Shown: positions 56,808 to 64,000 of the stretch, one piece after another
How the letters are laid out: the number at the start of each line of letters is the position of its first letter
Numbering within the stretch: position 1 is the first letter of the stretch
Source of the DNA: a virus
IMG/VR virus record: IMGVR_UViG_3300021519_000916
Coordinates: 1-64,000 of that record
Reading direction: 5' to 3' (one strand)
Length of the DNA stretch: 64,000 nt
Program-made: the position numbers and the translations under genes
The notes under the pieces: generated by a model
The model's database searches: none
What the model was told of the DNA's origin: nothing
Seen by the model: the letters and a program-made list of their open reading frames with translations, nothing else

Positions 56808-57754
56808 AAGTAAACGAAGTCTTATTGGAAAATAAGAATAATGCTTTTATTAAGCAACATATCCAATGGCTTGCAGATCAATTGGATATTAAAAAACTAC
56901 CAAAGATCACATTATTAAACGATCCTGTTGATACAACGTTTGGCCAATATGATCCAAACACTAAAAGTATTAAGTTAGTAACAGGTGGACGACATCCAGT
57001 TGATGTGTTGCGTACATTGGCACACGAACTGACACATTACAAACAAGATATTGAAAATAACTTACCCGATGGTGCTGGTGAAACTGGCACCGACCAAGAA
57101 AACGAAGCAAATGCTAATGCTGGTATTGTCATGAGAGATTTTGCACAAGAGAATCCAGATCAGTTCGGTTTGGATAAAGGTGCATTGGCCGAAGGCAAAA
57201 TTGCCGAGGTAAATGACGAATGGTTTAAACAAGGTGCATTTAAAACTTTTAAGAAAGCCGCCCCAGTTAAGTATCAACTTGCACAACAACACGGGACAGT
57301 TGACACCTTAGAAGGTCCAGTTAGATATGAAGCGGGTCATTATATAATGACAGGCCCTAAAGGCGAACGATATCCTATCTCTCCAGACAAGTTCAATACA
57401 TTATATGATGACAATGGCGACGGAACTGCTACCCCCAAGAAAATTTCTAAGTTAGCTAAACTAGCCGACCACGATGGTGTACTACATACCAGTTGGGGTG
57501 ATCTGCAATACACAAAAGGTAATGATTATATCGTACGCCATGGTACCGGTGATTATGGTGCTGTTAAAAAAGATATTTTTGCACAGACATACAATAATCC
57601 TGAGCAAGGTGTGGCGGAACATATCGTTAAGCACGGTAGCCAATTTCGTTTGCTTAGTAAAAAAGGTAAGAACTTAGGTACATTCCCTTCACACAAAGCC
57701 GCGGCCAAACACGAAGGCGAAGTTGAATACTTTAAGGCACATCCTAAGAAATGA
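56804..57754 (+). CDS. three-module protein: HExxH metallopeptidase-like, PGDYG-like duplicated domain, basic C-terminal module
   Basis: LAHELTH; TLEG..GHYIMTGPKGERYP / TSWG..GNDYIVRHGTGDYG; KGKNLGTFPS. Confidence 0.65.
   Translation: MKVNEVLLENKNNAFIKQHIQWLADQLDIKKLPKITLLNDPVDTTFGQYDPNTKSIKLVTGGRHPVDVLRTLAHELTHYKQDIENNLPDGAGETGTDQENEANANAGIVMRDFAQENPDQFGLDKGALAEGKIAEVNDEWFKQGAFKTFKKAAPVKYQLAQQHGTVDTLEGPVRYEAGHYIMTGPKGERYPISPDKFNTLYDDNGDGTATPKKISKLAKLADHDGVLHTSWGDLQYTKGNDYIVRHGTGDYGAVKKDIFAQTYNNPEQGVAEHIVKHGSQFRLLSKKGKNLGTFPSHKAAAKHEGEVEYFKAHPKK
57602..57619 (+). repeat. 18-bp dispersed repeat, copy 2 (EQGVAE)
   Basis: GAGCAAGGTGTGGCGGAA, identical at 56269. Confidence 0.9.
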
Positions 57755-57787
57755 ACGAATACCCAGTATACCCAGAAGACGACGGCT

Positions 57788-58240
57788 ATGATAGTCCACG
57801 AAATCCTTTCAGCCCAGCCTGATCCCAAGGCAGAATTAGATGCTATACTTGCTAAATGTTGCGAGATGATTCTTGATGGGCAAACAAAAGAGCCAGACCA
57901 TTATGGGATGGTTGCGGCCTGTGTAGTTTGCCCAGGAGGCAAAAAAGTTTGCCGTACTAGTTATAAAGAAGATGACAAGTATGTACACGCAGAACGTGCC
58001 GCAATAGATGCCTGTGGCGAAGTTGACCCGGACTGTATGATTGTCACTACCTTAAGTCCTTGTAATCGCCCAATGGATGACCGATATCGTGAAAGCTGTG
58101 AGGATTTAATTGCCGAGTATGGTATTAAGCATGTCTATTGTGGATATAAAGATCCAAGCCAAAAACAAGATACCAGCGTTGAAACAGAAAATACAAAACT
58201 TAAAGAGCTTTGTAAAAAGTTCGCAGATACTTTTTTATGA
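57788..58240 (+). CDS. Zn-dependent cytidine/RibD-like deaminase
   Basis: HAERAAI...TLSPC......C. Confidence 0.8.
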   Translation: MIVHEILSAQPDPKAELDAILAKCCEMILDGQTKEPDHYGMVAACVVCPGGKKVCRTSYKEDDKYVHAERAAIDACGEVDPDCMIVTTLSPCNRPMDDRYRESCEDLIAEYGIKHVYCGYKDPSQKQDTSVETENTKLKELCKKFADTFL

Positions 58241-58839
58241 AATCAAGCGAAATACAACCACGTAAGTTAGTTATATTTGATATCGATGATACGCTGGTAC
58301 ATACACAGACCAAAGTCCGCGTTATCAAACACGGTGCTGTTGTTAATAACTTAAACAGTCATGAATTTACCCATTACAAACTACAACCAGGCGAATCATT
58401 TGATTTTGAAAACTTTCGTAACGCACACGACTTCTTTCATAATAGTAAACCTATTATTCCAATGATCAATCAACTCAAGCACGATATCAATACCGGCAAT
58501 AAAGTTGTTATGGTTACAGCCCGTGCAGACTTTGATGATAGAGAATTGTTCCTGGATACATTTCGCAAATATGGTGTAGACATGAGTAAAGTACATGTAT
58601 ACCGTGCAGGTAATATGCAAGGTAAGGTACCAATTGAACACAAGAAAAAATCTATAATAAAAAATTTACTGAATCAAGACAAATATACAAAAGCTATTAT
58701 GTACGATGACGCTAAACCAAATTTGGATCTGTTTGTGAGCCTTAAACACGAACACCCAACTACTAAATTTTATGCATGGCATGTAAGTTTAGAGGGACAG
58801 GCCAGCGAATATCAGCGTTCGGACGAAGAACACCCTTAG
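58237..58839 (+). CDS. HAD-superfamily phosphatase (PNKP-phosphatase-like)
   Basis: FDIDDTL, VTAR, K, YDD. Confidence 0.8.
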   Translation: MKSSEIQPRKLVIFDIDDTLVHTQTKVRVIKHGAVVNNLNSHEFTHYKLQPGESFDFENFRNAHDFFHNSKPIIPMINQLKHDINTGNKVVMVTARADFDDRELFLDTFRKYGVDMSKVHVYRAGNMQGKVPIEHKKKSIIKNLLNQDKYTKAIMYDDAKPNLDLFVSLKHEHPTTKFYAWHVSLEGQASEYQRSDEEHP

Positions 58840-58941
58840 GACCCGTTTAATTACGGTGGTGTAGGTTTTGCCGCTACCTTTCAAATATTATGGAGTCGTG
58901 CCCGGAATGTATTTGGAAAAAGCGGCTTTCTCTTTTCCAAA
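58835..58941 (+). ncRNA. candidate structured RNA (unassigned family)
   Basis: GC-richer intergenic stretch with several stems and a potential pseudoknot (see findings). Confidence 0.35.
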
Positions 58942-58948
58942 ACTTCTC

Positions 58949-58977
58949 TTGCAATTTTAAATAAGTAACTGTATAAT
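58949..58977 (+). promoter_or_regulatory. sigma70-like promoter of the replication operon
   Basis: TTGCAA-N17-TATAAT. Confidence 0.65.
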
Positions 58978-59000
58978 AAATCAATTAACTAGGAGACTTT

Positions 59001-59270
59001 ATGTCATCAAATGGACCGCGCATGTTTAGTGCAGAACAAAAAGCAAAACTTACACAAATTATTAACGAAGGTATGGGTGTACTTCAAGAAGTTGAAGACC
59101 TTAATGCAGGACTTAATGATACCATTAAAGCTATTGCTGAAGAAATGGAAATTAAACCAGCTATTCTAAAGAAAGCAATTAAAATTGCCCAAAAGTCTAG
59201 ACTTGGCGAAATGAATCAGGATCACGAAGAGCTCAATACTATTCTTGAGACAGTGGGCAAAACGCTTTGA
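59001..59270 (+). CDS. small dsDNA-binding protein (T4 DsbA/GapR-like)
   Basis: Helical 89 aa; VEDLNAGLNDTIKAIAEEMEIKPAILKKAIK; AGGAG RBS. Confidence 0.6.
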   Translation: MSSNGPRMFSAEQKAKLTQIINEGMGVLQEVEDLNAGLNDTIKAIAEEMEIKPAILKKAIKIAQKSRLGEMNQDHEELNTILETVGKTL

Positions 59271-59575
59271 TTAATATGCTTGAAGGGTGGTTTAATACCA
59301 CCTGGCATTTTGCCAAAACAGATTATCAAGATTGGCCATTGCGGTTCACTCTTGAAATGGTTGCATGGGCTGTAAGCATTGGCTGTAGTTTAGGTATGAT
59401 GCTTACTGTACCTAACCCACCGTTGATCTGGCTGTACCCTGCCTGGATAACAGGTTGCGTGATTTATTGTTGGGCGGCGTGGACTAGAGGTTCTTTTGGA
59501 ATGATGGCAAATTATTTGCTATTGAGCACAATTGATTTAATAGCACTTGGCCGCATGATAAGTAAAGTAGTATAA
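59267..59575 (+). CDS. small three-TM membrane protein
   Basis: Three hydrophobic segments. Confidence 0.65.
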   Translation: MINMLEGWFNTTWHFAKTDYQDWPLRFTLEMVAWAVSIGCSLGMMLTVPNPPLIWLYPAWITGCVIYCWAAWTRGSFGMMANYLLLSTIDLIALGRMISKVV

Positions 59576-59646
59576 TGTATCAAGGGTCGCTCACTTAACG
59601 AGCATGTAGAGTATGTGCGGGCTATAAGTCGCATTGGAGATTTTAA

Positions 59647-62313
59647 TTGAGTTACATTGACGCTCTCTTTGATAGAGACAAAGATAGGATTCATGTAGTT
59701 GAACGTGTAAATGGTGAGCGGGTATATAAAGAATATCCAGCTAACTACACATTCTACTATGATGATCAAAAAGGCAAGTATCGTACCATCTACGATACTC
59801 CCGTTTCTAAATTCACCACACGCAACGGTAAAGAATTTCATAAAGAGATTCGTGTTAATTCCAACAAGAGATTGTGGGAATCGGACATAAACCCAATCTT
59901 CCGTTGCTTAGAAGATAATTACTCCGGAATTGAATCTCCAAAACTACACACATGTTTTTTTGACATTGAAGTAGACTTTGATCCGGAACGTGGCTACAGT
60001 AAGCCCGACGATCCATTTAATGCCATTACAAGTATTTCACTGTACATGGATTGGATGGATAAACTTGTAACCCTTGTTGTTCCACCTAAGAGCTATTCTT
60101 GGGAGTCTGCTGAAGAAATTTGTAAAAACTTTGACAACTGTTATTTGTTTGAAAACGAAGCAGACATGCTTAACACGTTTTTAGACTTAATAGATGATGC
60201 AGATATATTAAGTGGTTGGAACTCCGAAGGGTACGATATCCCATATACCACAATGCGTATAAATCGTGTATTGAGCAAAGATGACACACGACGCCTATGC
60301 CTATGGGGACAATTTCCTAAACAGCGGACATTTGAACGTTTTGGTGCAGAGAACCTAACATTTGATTTAATTGGTCGTGTGCATATGGACTATATGCAAT
60401 TGTACCGTAAGTATACATACGAAGAAAGACACTCTTACTCATTAGATGCTATCGGCGAATACGAAGAAGTCGGTAGTAAAGTAGCCTATGAAGGCACATT
60501 GGATCAACTCTATAATAAAGAGTTTTCTAAATTCATAGACTACAATCGCCAGGATACTATGTTGTTGGCCAAGTTGGATAAGAAGTTACGCTTCTTAGAT
60601 CTTGCAAATGAACTTGCACATGATAATACTGTACTGTTACCAACCACAATGGGTGCGGTTGCTGTGACGGAACAAGCTATTATTAACGAAGCTCATCAAC
60701 GTGGTATGATTACACCTAACCGGAGATCAAGAGATGACCAAGGAAATACGCAAGCCGCAGGTGCCTATGTTGCTTATCCCAAAAGGGGCATTCACGAATA
60801 CATTGGCGCAATCGACATCAACTCGCTCTATCCCTCGGCTATTAGAGCCCTTAACATGGGGCCAGAAACTATCGTTGGGCAACTCAAACAAACAATGACT
60901 GACAAGTATATTGCAGACAAGATGGCCGCAGGGTCGTCATTTGCAGATGCTTGGGAAAATATGTTTGGTAGCATAGAGTATCAAGCGGTAATGAATATGG
61001 AAATAGGCACAGAGATTACCATTGACTGGGAAGGTAGTAACAGTACTGTACATTCAGCCTCTGAAGTATGGCATATGATTTTTGATTCTCGCCAGCCATG
61101 GACGTTAAGTGCCAACGGAACTATATTTAAGTACGACATGAAAGGTATTATCCCCGGACTATTAGAAAGATGGTATGCTGAACGAAAAGAAATGCAAGCA
61201 AAGAAAAAGGCCGCAGAAACTCCTGAAGAAACTGCCTTCTGGGACAAGCGGCAATTGGTTAAAAAAATTAACCTCAATAGCCTGTATGGCGCCATCCTTA
61301 ACCCGGGGTGCAGGTTCTTCGATCATAGGATTGGCCAAAGTACGACGCTTACGGGGAGGATTATTGCGAAGCACATGGACGCCCATGTCAACGAAGCTAT
61401 TACAGGTGAATACAACCACGTCGGCGAAGCGATTATCTACGGTGATACAGACTCGGTCTATTTCTCAGCCTGGCCGGCGCTTAAAGAAGAAATAGCCACG
61501 GGACGTATGGAATGGAACAGAGAGATCTGTGTCCAACTATACGATACTATTGCAGATAGCGTAAATGAATCATTCCCTGGATTCATGGAACGTGCATGCC
61601 ATGTTCCACGTGATATGGGTACCATTATTAAAGGTGGTAGAGAAATGGTTGCCAGCAAAGGTCTGTTTATTAAAAAGAAACGCTATGCTGTATTGATTTA
61701 CGATCTTGAAAACAATAGATTGGACACACATGGTAAGCCTGGCAAAGTAAAAGCCATGGGTCTTGACCTTAAGCGCAGTGATACTCCCAAGGTAGTACAA
61801 AACTTCCTAAGCGAGATCCTATTAGAAGTACTAACTGGTACTGGTAATGTTAAACAAAAGGTAATTGACAAAGTTCGTGATTTTAAATTACTCTTTGCAG
61901 AACGACCGGCGTGGGAAAAAGGTACACCTAAACGTGTAAACAATTTAACCAAGTATACAGCAGAAGAAGCACGTCTTGGTAAGGCAAATATGCCGGGACA
62001 CGTTCGTGCCGCAATGAATTGGAATAACCTTAAACGTATGCACGGAGATAATTATTCCATGGCAATTGTTGACGGAATGAAAACTGTTGTGTGTAAACTC
62101 AGAGACAACCCACTGGGATATACCAGTGTTGGCTATCCTACAGACGGAACTCATATTCCACAGTGGTTTAAAGATTTGCCTTTTGACCAAGACAGTATGG
62201 AAATGGGAATTGTAGATCAAAAAGTAGAAAACTTACTGGGTGTGCTTGAATGGCAAATTGCCGAAAGCACAGATATTAAAACAACATTTGATGCATTGTT
62301 TACCTTTGAGTAA
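59647..62313 (+). CDS. polB: family B DNA polymerase (gp43-like)
   Basis: Exonuclease DIE, GWN..YD; polymerase DINSLYPS, K..LNSLYG, YGDTDS, KKRY; TTG start with GGAG RBS. Confidence 0.97.
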   Translation: MSYIDALFDRDKDRIHVVERVNGERVYKEYPANYTFYYDDQKGKYRTIYDTPVSKFTTRNGKEFHKEIRVNSNKRLWESDINPIFRCLEDNYSGIESPKLHTCFFDIEVDFDPERGYSKPDDPFNAITSISLYMDWMDKLVTLVVPPKSYSWESAEEICKNFDNCYLFENEADMLNTFLDLIDDADILSGWNSEGYDIPYTTMRINRVLSKDDTRRLCLWGQFPKQRTFERFGAENLTFDLIGRVHMDYMQLYRKYTYEERHSYSLDAIGEYEEVGSKVAYEGTLDQLYNKEFSKFIDYNRQDTMLLAKLDKKLRFLDLANELAHDNTVLLPTTMGAVAVTEQAIINEAHQRGMITPNRRSRDDQGNTQAAGAYVAYPKRGIHEYIGAIDINSLYPSAIRALNMGPETIVGQLKQTMTDKYIADKMAAGSSFADAWENMFGSIEYQAVMNMEIGTEITIDWEGSNSTVHSASEVWHMIFDSRQPWTLSANGTIFKYDMKGIIPGLLERWYAERKEMQAKKKAAETPEETAFWDKRQLVKKINLNSLYGAILNPGCRFFDHRIGQSTTLTGRIIAKHMDAHVNEAITGEYNHVGEAIIYGDTDSVYFSAWPALKEEIATGRMEWNREICVQLYDTIADSVNESFPGFMERACHVPRDMGTIIKGGREMVASKGLFIKKKRYAVLIYDLENNRLDTHGKPGKVKAMGLDLKRSDTPKVVQNFLSEILLEVLTGTGNVKQKVIDKVRDFKLLFAERPAWEKGTPKRVNNLTKYTAEEARLGKANMPGHVRAAMNWNNLKRMHGDNYSMAIVDGMKTVVCKLRDNPLGYTSVGYPTDGTHIPQWFKDLPFDQDSMEMGIVDQKVENLLGVLEWQIAESTDIKTTFDALFTFE

Positions 62314-62316
62314 GTT

Positions 62317-63327
62317 ATGGCTCTGTACGATCTAGTTACCTTAAAAACACAACTAACCGAAGCGTTAGATGTTGCTCCGTCAATTGAAAAATTAACAGAA
62401 CTGCGTACGGCTATTTTAAATATTAAGTTACAGGTACAACAGTTAACACCAGAACAAATAGAATACATCGATAGCATGGTAGCACATTATGATAATGTAA
62501 TTGCAATTGCCACTGCCCCTGTTAATAGTAATAAAGAGTTTTTGCGTAAAATTGATACAGAAATTAACGAAATTACTCACCGTTTATTTGCGGGCAACTA
62601 TGATTTAGAAAACAGACCCGGTGACGTTCACTTTGTTAGACGCAGTAGACGCATTAGTATCGAAGGGCAATTTGATGATAACCAACACGTAATTCGACAA
62701 AAGATAGCCACTAGAACCAGTTGGAAATATCCATCATTAGAAATTGGATGTCGTGACGGTGAATGGACTCAGCATTTAATAGCTGCCGACCCTTTATATG
62801 TAGTTGATTTCCATCAAGAGTTTCTTGACTTTACCACGGGACGTTTTCCAACTGAATATCAACGTAGATTGCGTTCATACAGAATAGTCGACCACAATTT
62901 AAAAATGTTACCACAAGGAGTGTTTGGTTTTATTTTTAGTTGGGGATATTTTAACTATGTTAGTGTAGATACAATGAAACAGTACCTAAAGCAAATACAC
63001 GATCTTTTGCGGCCAGGTGGTACATTTATGTTTACATACAACGATGGTGATACGCCAAATGGTGCAGGTATGGCAGAAAACTTTGCACAAACCTATATGC
63101 CAAAAAGTCTGTTAATACCATTGGTCAATAGTATTGGGTTTAGTGTGATTGAGGAATCTAGATTTAGTACTCACATTAGTTGGCTTGAAATTAAAAAGCC
63201 CGGAATACTACATACCATCAAGACACATCAAGTTTTAGGTGAAATTAAAAAGAGAGAAGACTCTATATTATCCTTGACAAATTTCATTGGAAGCACTATA
63301 ATAGATAATACACAGGAGAAGCTATGA
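62317..63327 (+). CDS. class I SAM methyltransferase with N-terminal helical domain
   Basis: LEIGCRDG, VVD, LRPGG. Confidence 0.75.
   Translation: MALYDLVTLKTQLTEALDVAPSIEKLTELRTAILNIKLQVQQLTPEQIEYIDSMVAHYDNVIAIATAPVNSNKEFLRKIDTEINEITHRLFAGNYDLENRPGDVHFVRRSRRISIEGQFDDNQHVIRQKIATRTSWKYPSLEIGCRDGEWTQHLIAADPLYVVDFHQEFLDFTTGRFPTEYQRRLRSYRIVDHNLKMLPQGVFGFIFSWGYFNYVSVDTMKQYLKQIHDLLRPGGTFMFTYNDGDTPNGAGMAENFAQTYMPKSLLIPLVNSIGFSVIEESRFSTHISWLEIKKPGILHTIKTHQVLGEIKKREDSILSLTNFIGSTIIDNTQEKL
63274..63302 (+). promoter_or_regulatory. sigma70-like promoter
   Basis: TTGACA-N17-TATAAT. Confidence 0.8.
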
Positions 63328-64000
63328 AAGATTATTTGCAAGACATCGTACAACATACACATGGACTAGGTACAATTGACTTAGTCAAGATTACCGGAAC
63401 CGATACAGACACTACTATTAACTCTGTAGCAGAAGATCGTAGCGTGATTGTTGAAGCTAAATTTAAAAAAGCACACCCAGATTTCGTTGGAACATTTGGT
63501 ATGCCAAACTTGGGCAAACTTCATACTATTTTGAATATCCCCGAGTATAAAGAAGATGCTAAATTAACAATTACACGCCAAAATCGCAATGGCGAAGATA
63601 CACCAAATGGTGTTCATTTTGAAAACAAAGCCGGTGACTTTAAAAACGATTATCGCTTTATGGATGCCGCAGTTGTTAACGACAAACTTAAATCAGTTAA
63701 GTTTAAAGGTGTAACATGGGGTGTTGATATTGTTCCAACAAATCAAAACATTCAGCGCCTTCGTTTCCAAGCCAGTGCTAACAGCGAAGAAACTACATTT
63801 GCCGCTAAAGTTGAGAATGGTAATTTGAATTTTTACTTTGGTGATGCTTCTAGCCACGCAGGTAACTTTGTATTCCAAGCAGGCGTGAGTGGAACATTGA
63901 CTACATCGTGGGCATGGCCAGTTAGTGCTGTTATTGCCATCCTGGGACTGTCTGGCGACAAGACCTTTAAATTTAGTGATCAAGGTGCATCGATGATCAC
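63324..64000 (+). CDS. probable sliding clamp (gp45-like), partial, runs off window end
   Basis: Open frame MKDYLQDIVQHTHGLGTIDLVKITG...FGMPNL...NDYRFM; AGGAG RBS; near polymerase. Confidence 0.65.
   Translation, partial: MKDYLQDIVQHTHGLGTIDLVKITGTDTDTTINSVAEDRSVIVEAKFKKAHPDFVGTFGMPNLGKLHTILNIPEYKEDAKLTITRQNRNGEDTPNGVHFENKAGDFKNDYRFMDAAVVNDKLKSVKFKGVTWGVDIVPTNQNIQRLRFQASANSEETTFAAKVENGNLNFYFGDASSHAGNFVFQAGVSGTLTTSWAWPVSAVIAILGLSGDKTFKFSDQGASMI

Noticed and set aside
55711-57619. CRISPR array from the repeated sequences
   Set aside because: Repeats are in-frame coding, degenerate or dispersed, with no repeat-spacer periodicity and no cas genes.
58835-58941. tRNA in the intergenic gap
   Set aside because: No cloverleaf, TTCRA T-loop or CCA end recognisable; retained only as an unassigned structured RNA candidate.
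59647-62313. Intron or intein in the DNA polymerase
   Set aside because: Single continuous 888-aa ORF with motifs in order; no intein C/HN termini or homing-endonuclease motifs seen.
1-64000. Stop-codon reassignment (alternative genetic code)
   Set aside because: Long conserved genes (ligase, ClpA, polymerase) are intact in code 11, and TAG/TGA stops coincide with expected protein ends and next-gene overlaps.

Overview
A 64 kb, AT-rich, gene-dense segment of a large T4-like (myovirus or jumbo-type) bacteriophage genome, mostly on the + strand and read with the standard genetic code. No rRNA, tRNA, CRISPR array or mobile element was recognised. In order it contains: (i) 1-14 kb, an early region of small hypothetical genes under sigma70-like promoters, with DNA ligase, SGNH hydrolase, methyltransferase and metallophosphoesterase; (ii) host-like infA, superoxide dismutase and ErpA/IscA; (iii) 15.4-22.9 kb, baseplate/tail genes; (iv) mazG, a DnaE fragment, GroES-like and clamp loader; (v) 29.0-42.7 kb, an accessory island with three signal-less TRAP DctP-like proteins (one split), three secreted Bug/TctC-like proteins, three PP-loop enzymes, a diiron ferritin-like enzyme, a 2OG-Fe(II)-like oxygenase, an ACP-like/methyltransferase fusion, a sulfotransferase-like protein, DUF2061 and phoH, but no transporter membrane subunits; (vi) a lysis cassette, dnaJ and clpA; (vii) 52-58.8 kb, late genes with capsid-targeting-like N-termini and recurring xxE/GVAE linkers, suggesting protease-processed head-cargo polyproteins; (viii) a candidate structured RNA, then family B DNA polymerase and sliding clamp. 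All product calls come from motif recognition by eye, not from database searches. A betaproteobacterial host is a guess based on the Bug-family proteins.
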